Source: Candidatus Omnitrophota bacterium
Lineage (GTDB): Bacteria; Omnitrophota; Gorgyraeia; B26-G9; JBDRCZ01
Length of the DNA stretch: 64,000 bases
Assembly (NCBI GenBank): GCA_043821285.1
Contig: JBDRCZ010000017.1
Location: 15,947-79,946, forward strand
Direction of reading: 5' to 3'
Shown here: piece by piece, positions 40,048-50,800 of the stretch
Layout: the number at the start of each line of letters is the position of its first letter
Position numbering within the stretch: position 1 is the first letter of the stretch
The notes under the pieces: model-generated
Seen by the model: the letters and a program-made list of their open reading frames with translations, nothing else
Databases searched by the model: none
Told to the model about the DNA's origin: nothing
Translations under genes and position numbers: made by a program

Positions 40048-40054
40048 CAAGTAA

Positions 40055-40082
40055 AGTATACCATATTTTTCTGATTTTTCAA
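40055..40082 (-). promoter_or_regulatory. Near-consensus sigma70 promoter of giant gene B
   Basis: Minus sense TTGAAA-N16-TGgTATACT (extended -10). Same sequence context (GTATACCATAT...TTTCAAGG) as the gene E promoter. Confidence 0.5.
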
Positions 40083-40419
40083 GGATTTTGCTAAAAAAAT
40101 ATAGAAAATAACAGATTAAAAGATTCAGGTGATCACGGTTTTAAAACAGTATCAAGGCATTATTTATAACTTATTTATTTATAATATATTATAAAATAAT
40201 TATCGAATATGCCTACATGTTAATTATTCGTGAAATTCGTGTAATTTGTTGTTTAAAAATAAGCAGTTAAAGTTTTTCTTTGTGTGATAAATTTTATTTT
40301 TTACCGCAGAGAAAATCTAAAAGAAATCTCGTTCACAGATGTATGTAAGTTACATCCACTTTCTATTCTTAGTGCGTTACGTAAACGGTAAACTGCCTGC
40401 CTCCCGTTAGGGAGGTAAA

Positions 40420-40447
40420 CTAAAAAATTGCCATAGGCAATTTTTTA
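40420..40447 (-). terminator. Terminator of giant gene C overlapping its stop codon
   Basis: Minus sense GCAATTTAA-AAAATTGCC-TAT-GGCAATTTTTT: 10-bp A/T-flanked stem. The stop-codon region GGCAATTT can alternatively pair with AAATTGCC. Confidence 0.6.
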
Positions 40448-43400
40448 AATTGCCCGTTCAATTTCAAACAAATCTGCTATCTCTCTCTTCTCCAGTTTTG
40501 TATCTGATCCATTTATGCCTACCCTATAGCCAGTGTGTCTTTCTTGGGGAGCAACTATTAGAGAATAAAGAGCGTGTAGTAACAGCATATCAGAATCAGA
40601 AATATGAGGGTCTATATTTTTTGCTTCTAATATTGATTCATCATCGCTTATTATTTCTTGTATAATTGTTTTTACTATATCTCTATCTTCAGCTCTGCAT
40701 TTTTCATGAATTGCATTCAGACATTGTTCAAAAAATGGTCTGAGCATCATAAGCTGAACATTATCTTCTTGTGTATATGCATTGGCAACTGCTTTTGTAA
40801 CTGTTTCTAAAACAGTTTGCCGGTAATCTGGTCTTACCGTATAGATATTATCAAAAAAGATAAAAGTCCCGGCTGCGGCTTGTGGCATTATTGTCTTGTT
40901 TAGTATCTCATTAATAACATTTCGAGGAAAATATACTAAAATACTTAATAATTTATCTATTGTAGTATTACTTGGGGTTAAACCTTGCTGCTGGATCAAC
41001 TCTTGATATTTTCTTCCTATGATTCTATGCATAGATTCAAGACTTCTTCTATTTGCATTTATCATTAAATTATTTCCTTTAACTGCTGTAACTAAGTCCG
41101 TTAATTCGCTTCGTATCATTTCTCGTTCTTTCTCAAATACATCCGTATCTTCGTTCCTCTGAGATATAAATAACCCTAAAAATTCAAGTTCTAATGCTTT
41201 TTTAAAGGCATCTTCCGAAGTAAATGCGTTTAATCTAACAGTAATATTTTCTAACAACATTAGCTCAAAGCTGGTACCTTGACGAAAAATATGTTTTAGA
41301 AATTTTTCTGCATTAGTAAATTCGGGTGAAAAGATGATTTCTCCACTGACACCATCTACTGTTTTCTCCATCACTTCATTTATCAAATTACCTACTGAAT
41401 CTAAGTTGTGAAACTCGTTTAATCTATTTTCATCTTGTATAACAGCTCTTAAATAAACCTCCATTCTTAAAAGGTAATCAGCCAAAAAAACACCATCAAT
41501 TGCAAAACGTATATTTTCATTCGTATCTTGAGTTCTTGCAGTCAAGGCTTGATAAAGAAAATCATCTATATCGGTCAACATTCTATAAAAGATTTCCATT
41601 GCTGTTTCCTTATCCTGTTTTAGAGCAAGTTCGAGGACATTATTAACATTTGAAAAATCTCGTGAAATATACTCCTTAATTACATCACATAACGCATTGA
41701 ACAGTGGTTTTTTATCACGACGGTAAATAGCAAAACTTAGCCTAATAAATGCTGCTAATATCTCATGGGAATTAAATCCTGAATTTATTAAATAACTTTG
41801 CTCCTTTTCTATATAGATTGGTATAATTTTAGAAACGTCATATCCCGCAATAACTGTGTAAGCAACTGCAGCAAAAATAAGATTATGTGTTTCTGCATCA
41901 TGTTTAGGAATGTTTATTCGTTGTAAGATTTCTCCTAATACTTCTCCTGCCTCAGTAGTTCTCTCCTCTTTTCCTTCAATCTGCGCTTTTATTTTATTAG
42001 TAAAAAATTCAAAAACAAAATCAGGTTCTGCCTTAAGATACGCTTCTATTGTTTCCCAATCTGCTGCTAATAAATTACGCAGTTTTTGGATTTTATCTTG
42101 AACCACGATTAAGTTATTTCGTAGATTGCTTATTTTTTTCTGATTTTTTCTCGTTTGTTTTTGCTCTTTGTTTATGGTTTGCTGAATAGTTCTTTCATTG
42201 CTTTGGCGACGATTAAGTGCCTGCGTCCTTGTAATAACTCCTTCTAAGAGGATTGTTACTTCAGAGAGTTTTTCTCTACGCGCTTTTACTGCCGGGGGCA
42301 TATCTAAAAGTAGAGGTTCCCTTGTTGTCACTGGAGCCTGCCATGCTGGAAGTTCTTCAGATGCTACTTGCATAGCAGCAGCGCCTTGAAGGACCTGAGG
42401 ATATAATGAATGTTTTTGCATTGGGTCTTCAACTAACATAAGCTCACAACTTTGAGGCGGTTTGAGAGCATTAATTCTATTTTGGATAACTACTCCCAAT
42501 CCCCAAGCCCATTCTGCTTGACTTTTATATAAATCAACTAAGGCTTCAATATCCTCACTTTCGTTTATAATTGCGGTTATTCTCTCTACCAGAGGAGCCC
42601 GGCTGTTTCTGTTAGGATAGGTATTAAGCATTTGATATAATTCAGGTATATTACTTAAATCATTATAACCGAGTAATCTTTTTCTCAGTACCTCTGCTAT
42701 TACCCCCCTTATTTGCTTACATCCGTAGGTATATTTATTTATAGAATTATCTGTAAGTAAACGAAGCAGGTTTTCGATATCTAAGGAAAACACTTGCCTG
42801 ATAATACCGAAAATAATATATATTTCTACTTCAGAGTGAATTTTTTTACTAAGTAAATTAGCTAATGCAGCAAGTGCCTCGCCCCCCCATTTACTAACCA
42901 TCTCCTGAGCAATAGCTTGAGCTTGTGTTTTGTCATTATTTTCTGCTTGCTGACGTTTAAATCTATCGGAAATTGCGGTTAATCGTTCAATGCCATCTTC
43001 AATCGAAGAAACAGTTAGGTGTATTTCTGATATTTTTCCTTGAGAAGCAATACTATTACTTAATTGTGCGGCTGCTGCTTGCTTTGTTTTCTGGGGTAAC
43101 CTTGGATTTCGTGACCACTCTGAAAGCAAGCGATCATTTACTTCTGCTAATCTTTTTGCAGTGCTTAACGCCTTAATTCTATACCAAAGATAATTATTCC
43201 AGTATTCATCGTCCCATTCTTGGCTTAGATACACATCAACTAAGGCAACAATATCTTGATTATTTTTTATTATATGTTTCATCCTTCTTCTTGCCAGATC
43301 TTTAATGTCTTCGTTCGGACATAATGTTTCATTATTAATAACATAATATAATGCAGAAATACTTGTTACGTTTCGAGGAATGCTAACAGTTTTTATGATA

Positions 43401-46400
43401 ATTATGCTTTTAATCATACCTCTGGTAACTTCAGCTCCTTTAGTTTCTTGCTGATTCATCGCAGTATATAAATAAAATATTTCTGTAACAGACATTGAGT
43501 TAAGACAATTACCAAGTGCCGACATAGTTATTTCTATTGCTTCTTCATTAAGAAGATTCGTATCAATTTGCTCAGCAAATTGTTTAATAATTTCTAAAAA
43601 CTCATCTTTATCCTTTGTGTTATACATTTCTGTTATAATATTTTTAACTTCTTGAGGAGCGGATGCAATAAAGGCTTGTATTTCTTCGGGTGTCTGATAA
43701 TAATCAGCCAACTCTTTCTCCAGCTTTTCTATTTGTGACGCAATTGTCGTATCTAGTTCTGGTTTATTAATTCGCAGCCACTCTATTATTCTTTTTCTTA
43801 CTGTCCGATCTTGGATGCCAATCAATAATCCTAGTACATGCACTACCTCGTTTTCTAAACACATGTATTGTGACAAGATGTCGTTAAGTTCCGTATTCGC
43901 TGCATTGCTAAAGAATAGGTATATAGTACCAGCAATATGTTTTTGTATGCCCGTAAGTCTAAGGATTTTTTCACTCAAAATATTTCTTATGCTCGAACCC
44001 CAGCTTCTTTCTAAATATAATTCTACTGCTGTCTTTAAATTATCACATTCATTAACCAGTTCTCTTATTCTCATCCTTAGCAGTGCCCGGGTTCCTTCAT
44101 GGTACTCTCTATCATTGAGCAAATCTTGCAGTGGTTCGATACTAGCAATGCCTTGATATTCAGCAAGGCGCTGTTTGATCGCTTCTATTAATTGACTACT
44201 ATTGTCCCCATGATTTAACCTACGCAATAGTTCCTCTAAGGTGAGAGTTTTTATGGGGTCAAAATCTGCTAGTAGTTCTGCAAAAGTTACTTGATTATCA
44301 GAAGGCGCTGCAACTTCTCTTGTCGGGGGGGCATCCCTGTTGGTGTCGGCTCTTTGATTAGCGTTTCGCCATGCTGCTCTTAAGGCACGTGTATCTGACT
44401 GTGATGGTGGCTCTGGAAAATGTACCACCTGAGCTGCATTCGACGGAGCTGTTGTTCGTACAAACCTATCTGGAGGGGATAGTGATAGATCGAAAGCAGC
44501 TGCTAGTTTTTCTAATGAGTTTAGAGTCAAAGGGTTATTGTTTCCTGATGGAGGAACTGTATCTTTTGGTAAAGCAACTTCTGCTGTGTCAGTCCCTTCC
44601 TTTTCTGGTTGTCGCAAGTCACCTGATTGTAATGGTACGGTGTATGCTTGAGGGTTATTTTCTTTTTCCCTTTCCCTTTTCCTTTTCTTTCTTGCAATAG
44701 GAGGACTATCTGCTCTATATTGTTTACGTGCTTTCCTTTTCATTAATACAACTTTATCTTCTTCTTCATCATCATCATATTGGTCACTATCATCTATTGC
44801 ATTTATTAACTCCTCTATTATGAGCATTAAAGCAATCCGTATATTTTCTTCTGATAATTCACCCGAACCCTCTTGCATCAATTGCTCAATTTCTTCCTCT
44901 GACAAAGTTAAATCGTTTATAACACCAATGAGCTGTTCAATGATTTGACCATTCTCGTGTGCGCTTTCAATTATATTATCTATAGCATCTTTTAACGCTT
45001 CATGATATGTATCTTCATCAAGTAGTAAATAAGTTTTTACTAAAAAACTAAGATCTATTTCTAAAGCACTATTTCTCGTTGATCTTACGCCGGTACTACC
45101 AAGCAAGCATAGTAAACTAAATCCCCAAGCCAACCCCTTCCAAATAAAAAATGCCAGTGCATCTGGTCTTGCGGCAACAAAGTGTACTACTGGATATAAT
45201 AATCCTTCATGTCGTGCAAGAGAATTTATGATTGTAAATTCGATGTAGTCGATAATAATGAGCATAGCTGATTTAGCACCAGTAACCGCCTTTTTAACTA
45301 ATTCCCAAACATTTGGTATAAATTGTATCTGCGGTTGTATATATAAAGGAAAGGTCATTATTAAGGAAAGACCTAATATAGCGTGTATTGGTAAATGCCC
45401 TAAGTTTACACTAACCGGGATGCCCGTGATATTACTGATTACCTCTAATATAAAAGGTGCAATCAATAATAAAAAGAGGCCATTTATTAATGGATGGGAA
45501 TTCAGGGTAACACTCTTACCAGCATTACTTTCTTGATAAAATTCTCTTACCGCTCTATTTGTTTTTATTAAAGCACGTAAATCAATAATGATATTTCCAT
45601 TTCTATCTTTACGAAGGTCATGTTTATTTTCCTTGTCAGATAAAAATATCTTATCATCTTCTTTCACAATTTTATATTCCACGTTACCAATCCAAATAAT
45701 ATCATTTTCCCTGAAAGTTACTTCTTTCCTTAAAATATCAATGATTAATTCCTTGCTGTTTGCTTCGTTACGCAGAAGAATAGTATTACCAGCTATTGCA
45801 TATTTTGTATTATCTATCATTCTGTCTTGATGCCACCATGCTATTCTGAGTTTGTAACCATCACCCTTTCCCTCAGTTTTTATTTTTTTTAGACCATCTG
45901 TTGGGAAAAATTCTAACCGTTCTCGTAAACGCTGGATTTTAGTATTGTATTGTCTTATATCTAAAATTCGCTTGTTATGAATGTTCTGAATTACAGCTAA
46001 TAACTCGTTGTCCTTAATACTTGCTAATAATGCGCCATAAAAGGCCAGACCTAAGCTATCTACTCTTAAAACTATTCTTTCTATTTCTGTGTGTTTGTTT
46101 TTGTTAAATAGAGTTGTTAAATAATTAGCCAATATCAGTACAAATTCCCCGCCCCACCACTTTATAACCTCAACCAATTGACCAAGAGACTGCGGTGTAA
46201 TATTTTGATGTTCATTCAGGAGATTTTCAATAATTTGTAATACTGCAGAAACTGAATATACACCAAATTGTTCGGCCAAAGCTTTGATTATTGCCAATCT
46301 TTGCGTTTCATCAAAATTATTAAGATTAGCTTCTTTTTCTTTCATCATCTTAATATAATTTTCGGCTGAATCCCAATCTTGAGTAGACTTATTAGTATCC

Positions 46401-47536
46401 CAATACTGTACTGGTTTGCGATACACTGCTTTTGCTGCTACTAATATATTTTTTTCTTTCTCTGTAAGTGCGGTGTCATCATTTGTCCATATCCTAATCA
46501 TTCCGTGTCTTGGTGCTGTTATATAAAATGAAATTTTTGACGCAAGAAACTCTTCCCATTCTTCTGGAGAAGGCACAGTTGATAAATCAGCACGTAAACG
46601 TATAAAACGGTTATAGTTTTTATTTTCGTTATTAATTATGTCTGCCGGAAGCAGCCGCCGGCCAACATGAATTTCTATATTAGAGTTTTCTGGTATTGGT
46701 TGGGTATAACGGCTTCGATCAGGGGTTGAAACATTCCAGTAGTTTTGTGTTGATATACCAAATCTCAAAGATTCGTTATCTATTTTTATGCTCTCGGGAG
46801 CAAAAAACATCATCATAATTGCATGCGCAGGTAAACGTATTGCATCAATCCAGTAGTGAATTCCTTTACGATAACTATACTCAAGGATAATTTTAATACC
46901 ACGTTCAAACAGAACTTTTAATCCGGGTAAAAAGGCAATATTATTAAATACGCTGTTGGTATTTAATCTAAAGACTTCCATATCCCTGGGGACAGTAAGC
47001 ACTATTCGCGGAGACGCACCTTTAATATCTATTTTTCCATAAGTAGTAATTTCACTTTGCAAATCACGCGCCAACCCAAGCAAACTTAGAAAGTCAATTT
47101 CTTTTAGAACCGGGGGTATTCTTTCAACCGTCTCATCATCTGGACAAGGTATTTCTGGAATTTCCCTAATATTTAATTGATTGTTTTTTTTAGAAATTAC
47201 ATAAGAACGTTGTTTACCAGCTGCGCCTGTTGTTACAAACAATACTATCGAACCATCATTCGCAAATCTTTTCTCGCATGCATCAAACTCAAACTTATCT
47301 TTAATATAACTTACGCCAACATGTCCTTCTGCCCAAGTATATGCATCACTTATTTTTTTGTAAAGCATAATATTTTCTGCAAATAGAGGGTCATTTACTT
47401 CCAAAGGCGGGGCAAGATGGGTATGTAGACCTTTTAGATTGCCGCCGGCGGCCCATGAGATGTCTAAGCATAGAAAGGCATTGATTAATATTATGGAAAT
47501 TAGTCTAAAACAAATTGTACGTGTTAAATTATTCAT
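40445..47536 (-). CDS. Giant-family protein C (2363 aa): signal peptide, TM cluster, poly-acidic/poly-basic linker, helical-repeat C-terminal module paralogous to F, C-terminal FEIERAI
   Basis: N-terminus MNNLTRTICFRLISIILINAFLCLDISWAAGGNLKGLHTHLAPPL. DDSDQYDDDEEEDK ... RKKRKREREKE. C-terminal 700 aa align clearly with gene F, e.g. LIFAAVAYTVIAGYDVSKIIPIYIEKEQSYLIN versus LFAVIVYTFIAGGDVSKIILIYIEKEISYLIN. Confidence 0.7.
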   Translation of the reverse strand: MNNLTRTICFRLISIILINAFLCLDISWAAGGNLKGLHTHLAPPLEVNDPLFAENIMLYKKISDAYTWAEGHVGVSYIKDKFEFDACEKRFANDGSIVLFVTTGAAGKQRSYVISKKNNQLNIREIPEIPCPDDETVERIPPVLKEIDFLSLLGLARDLQSEITTYGKIDIKGASPRIVLTVPRDMEVFRLNTNSVFNNIAFLPGLKVLFERGIKIILEYSYRKGIHYWIDAIRLPAHAIMMMFFAPESIKIDNESLRFGISTQNYWNVSTPDRSRYTQPIPENSNIEIHVGRRLLPADIINNENKNYNRFIRLRADLSTVPSPEEWEEFLASKISFYITAPRHGMIRIWTNDDTALTEKEKNILVAAKAVYRKPVQYWDTNKSTQDWDSAENYIKMMKEKEANLNNFDETQRLAIIKALAEQFGVYSVSAVLQIIENLLNEHQNITPQSLGQLVEVIKWWGGEFVLILANYLTTLFNKNKHTEIERIVLRVDSLGLAFYGALLASIKDNELLAVIQNIHNKRILDIRQYNTKIQRLRERLEFFPTDGLKKIKTEGKGDGYKLRIAWWHQDRMIDNTKYAIAGNTILLRNEANSKELIIDILRKEVTFRENDIIWIGNVEYKIVKEDDKIFLSDKENKHDLRKDRNGNIIIDLRALIKTNRAVREFYQESNAGKSVTLNSHPLINGLFLLLIAPFILEVISNITGIPVSVNLGHLPIHAILGLSLIMTFPLYIQPQIQFIPNVWELVKKAVTGAKSAMLIIIDYIEFTIINSLARHEGLLYPVVHFVAARPDALAFFIWKGLAWGFSLLCLLGSTGVRSTRNSALEIDLSFLVKTYLLLDEDTYHEALKDAIDNIIESAHENGQIIEQLIGVINDLTLSEEEIEQLMQEGSGELSEENIRIALMLIIEELINAIDDSDQYDDDEEEDKVVLMKRKARKQYRADSPPIARKKRKREREKENNPQAYTVPLQSGDLRQPEKEGTDTAEVALPKDTVPPSGNNNPLTLNSLEKLAAAFDLSLSPPDRFVRTTAPSNAAQVVHFPEPPSQSDTRALRAAWRNANQRADTNRDAPPTREVAAPSDNQVTFAELLADFDPIKTLTLEELLRRLNHGDNSSQLIEAIKQRLAEYQGIASIEPLQDLLNDREYHEGTRALLRMRIRELVNECDNLKTAVELYLERSWGSSIRNILSEKILRLTGIQKHIAGTIYLFFSNAANTELNDILSQYMCLENEVVHVLGLLIGIQDRTVRKRIIEWLRINKPELDTTIASQIEKLEKELADYYQTPEEIQAFIASAPQEVKNIITEMYNTKDKDEFLEIIKQFAEQIDTNLLNEEAIEITMSALGNCLNSMSVTEIFYLYTAMNQQETKGAEVTRGMIKSIIIIKTVSIPRNVTSISALYYVINNETLCPNEDIKDLARRRMKHIIKNNQDIVALVDVYLSQEWDDEYWNNYLWYRIKALSTAKRLAEVNDRLLSEWSRNPRLPQKTKQAAAAQLSNSIASQGKISEIHLTVSSIEDGIERLTAISDRFKRQQAENNDKTQAQAIAQEMVSKWGGEALAALANLLSKKIHSEVEIYIIFGIIRQVFSLDIENLLRLLTDNSINKYTYGCKQIRGVIAEVLRKRLLGYNDLSNIPELYQMLNTYPNRNSRAPLVERITAIINESEDIEALVDLYKSQAEWAWGLGVVIQNRINALKPPQSCELMLVEDPMQKHSLYPQVLQGAAAMQVASEELPAWQAPVTTREPLLLDMPPAVKARREKLSEVTILLEGVITRTQALNRRQSNERTIQQTINKEQKQTRKNQKKISNLRNNLIVVQDKIQKLRNLLAADWETIEAYLKAEPDFVFEFFTNKIKAQIEGKEERTTEAGEVLGEILQRINIPKHDAETHNLIFAAVAYTVIAGYDVSKIIPIYIEKEQSYLINSGFNSHEILAAFIRLSFAIYRRDKKPLFNALCDVIKEYISRDFSNVNNVLELALKQDKETAMEIFYRMLTDIDDFLYQALTARTQDTNENIRFAIDGVFLADYLLRMEVYLRAVIQDENRLNEFHNLDSVGNLINEVMEKTVDGVSGEIIFSPEFTNAEKFLKHIFRQGTSFELMLLENITVRLNAFTSEDAFKKALELEFLGLFISQRNEDTDVFEKEREMIRSELTDLVTAVKGNNLMINANRRSLESMHRIIGRKYQELIQQQGLTPSNTTIDKLLSILVYFPRNVINEILNKTIMPQAAAGTFIFFDNIYTVRPDYRQTVLETVTKAVANAYTQEDNVQLMMLRPFFEQCLNAIHEKCRAEDRDIVKTIIQEIISDDESILEAKNIDPHISDSDMLLLHALYSLIVAPQERHTGYRVGINGSDTKLEKREIADLFEIERAI

Positions 47537-47853
47537 ATGTTAATACCCTGTTAGTTAATTCCAAATGTTCTAATTCAAGATTTAAAAATTCCAAGATTCC
47601 AGATTCTAAAATTATAAAATTCCCCGCTACAAGGTCGAAGATCCGCCATCGTATTAGTGAAGAACGCTGGCGAACAGGCAAATTCTCTAACCTTCGGCAA
47701 GTAAAACGTTTTGAATCGTTAAATCTTAAAATATTCAAATTTTGGAATTGTTTGTTTTATTCTTCTGTCTTCTATTCTCTACCTTCTGTTTTCTGCTTTC
47801 AATCAGCTGTATCAGTAAACGGTAAACTGCCTGCCTTCCATTAGGGAGGTAAA

Positions 47854-47881
47854 CTAAAAAATTGCCGCAGCAATTTTTTAG
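47854..47881 (-). terminator. Terminator of giant gene D overlapping its stop codon
   Basis: AAAAAATTGC-CGCA-GCAATTTTTT hairpin; minus sense ...GCAATCTAA AAAATTGCTGCGGCAATTTTTTAG. Confidence 0.6.
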
Positions 47882-50800
47882 ATTGCTTGTTCTACTGCCA
47901 ACATTTCATTCCACTCTAACTCTGTAAGTGCAGGGGGTTGTTTAGGCATTGTTGTCAATTGTCCTGGGTTATTATCATGAGGATCCAGTCTTTGCTGCTC
48001 TACAATCTTTATTGCTGCTTCAATAATCGCTGCAGTGTCCATCTTATGTGCACGGTATAATATCTCGTGACTTCTTGCGGATTGTCCCCAACCTTGGATT
48101 CCTAACGAAGTTACAGTTGAACCAGTTGTAAGCAGAGATGAAGTTACTACCTTACTTACTGCTCCGCTTAATATTTTTGGAGAAGCGTCTTGAACAGTAA
48201 TTATTGGCACTCCCCGTTCAAGAAGAGGTGGTAAAGCTTCATCGATTAAATCCAATCTGGTCAAATTTATTACTTTTGCGGTAATATCTTGACTTTCCAA
48301 TTGTTCGCTCGCGGCAATTGCAAATTCCACCATTGCTCCGGCAGCAATAATAATAATATCGCTATTTTGTCCGTTTTCTCTTGGATCTTTAATTACATAA
48401 GCACCTTGTTCTGGACTGGGATTTTCTCCTCTATTTAAAACTGGAACATTTTGACGGGTAAGCTGAAGATAAGAAGGTCCTTTACCATCTAATGCCCTGT
48501 GCATAGCAAAATCTACTGCTTCTTCAGCCTCACGGGCATCTGCAGGTATAAAACCAGTCATTTTTTGCAAAAAAGAAATATAGCGAATAACGCCAGCAAC
48601 GATTACTGACTGATGAGTAGAACCGTCTGGCCCAACGCCTAAGCCGGCATGACTTAACGCAACAATTACCGGTAGTTTTGCCCGGGCAATCACAATTATT
48701 TGACTAATCATTCGGTTAGCAAAACAATCAAAGGTTGCGATAACTGGTATCTTACCATATAATGCTAATCCAGCAGCAATTCCTGCCATTGCTTGTTCTC
48801 TTACTCCGGATGGAACGTATCTTCCATTGGTGTTATGACGAGAAAAAATGCCAAAGTCCCTAGCAAACCAATTCAGTCTTGTAGAACTGGCAATGTCCGC
48901 GCAGAAAGCAATAATCTTTTCGACGCGTTTTCCCCAGTCAAGCATCCTGTTACCAAAACCATCACGTGTAGCAAAATTCCTATTTGCTTGGTATCTAATT
49001 TCTGCCGGTGTTTGTAGCATTGTCATTTGAACCGGCTCTGGCTCTTGTGTTTGTTTAATGTTGCTATAAATAAGCAGATTGAATTCCCCAATCTTATAAG
49101 GAACCATTCCATTCAATGCTTCCATAATTGTTGTGGCCATGATGTGTTCATCAAAACCCCGGGTAATAATTAAAACAGGTTTTCCTGTATTATCCTTGTT
49201 TAGCTGTTCAAAGGTTTGACCTAAGATTTCAGCCTGTTCTTGATTATTATTAGCATTGAGCTCAATCACTCTCCAACCATAAGCTTGCCAAATATTAACT
49301 AATTCCGTGTTTGTCTCTGAAGCTTGAAGGACTAAGCAGAGATTATCTATGCCATTGTGTGCGGCGAATCTAGCTGTTTCTGCAAACTGACCTTCTCTTT
49401 CTTCTTTTTCCGTGGCTAAAGCAATAACTCTGCCAGATGCTGTATCCATTTTAGCTCCAAAAGCTATACCTGCGGCCAGAGAAAGACGCATACCCGCAGG
49501 GAATATTTCTTGAGGACTAAAATCTATTTTCATAAGCCCGTCCGTGGGTTTTTCTTTTCCATCAACTAATTCTTTTGCTACTTCTATTATATTTTCAATA
49601 TCCTTGTCACTCATGGACCAAACAACGGAACCTGCGGTTTTAGAAGATGAAGTTACAGTCCTGCTTACCGCATCACCTAAACATACTGGCAATCCATCAT
49701 AAATTGTAAGAATACGGCTTCCTGGCTCAATATACTCTAAGAGCTCACTTCCTGCACCTAATGAGTCTAATTGCGTAACATTTATGATCTTAGTCATCGT
49801 ACCTTGTGATTCTAACTCATTACTGACTTTTATGGTTTGATGAAGACTTTTACCTGAAGAAATAAGAATAACCCTCTTTTTTGCCGTGTCCCACCCTTCA
49901 GATTGACTTATAACATAGGCACCTTGCTCTGGCTGGGGATTTTCTCCTCTATCTATAACCGGAAGATCTGCAGAACTTAAACGAATATAAGAAGCAGTGT
50001 ACTCATCTGGGATATTAAGTGATGTAGGGGCTTTATTTGTTATTTTAGCCAATAATAATGCATTTTTTATTGCCATATCAGTCAACTCATTAGTTTCATT
50101 AGGATCCCCTGGTTCTAACGCAATTACATTATGCATCAGGTCCATAACTCCTGGGGTAAAACTTAACTCTTCAGATTCAGCCGCTAAAATAAACGGTACC
50201 CTTGCCTGAGCATTTATCCTTAATTGGTCTAACATTTTCATCGCATCATTTTCCGGCAGAAAGACAATCGGCAGCATACCCGAATAACCAAACCCAGCAG
50301 CAAAACTGGCTAAGTGCTGTTCTCTATCCTCAACTAAGAAACATCGCTCGATGAGTTTATTTCTTATATCTTCATCAGTAATCTGTGCAATAAATTCATC
50401 AATAAATCTTTGTTTAGAATCGGAATTATTAAAAATAAATACTATCCGTTCATCTTTTTCTGCCCACTGGAGTAGTCTATTTTTAAATGCAACAGATGGA
50501 GAGACTTCCTCATCCTGTGCATAGTTGGTTCTATCTGGTATTGTTGTCGTGTCTGTTTTTTGTAGAGTACTCTCTTTTGATAAATTGTTTTCTTCTTGTT
50601 CTGTCATTTGGTTATCTGAAATAAATCTATCTACATCTGTTGAAAATCCATAAAAATTCATTTGTTGACTAATATTTTCAATTGTGTTTTCTATTTGGGG
50701 GATAGCTTCAGATAGTTCTTTATCATTTAATGCTCTACCGTGAAACGCGGTTGGATCATCTTCCATAAAATCTACGCCTTTACCTTTTTTTGTCTTGGCA

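Noticed and set aside
39888-40094. 68-aa ORF inside the leader of gene B
   Set aside because: AT-rich low-complexity translation (FLFFYLHNH...). The sequence is better explained as the conserved non-coding leader and promoter module.
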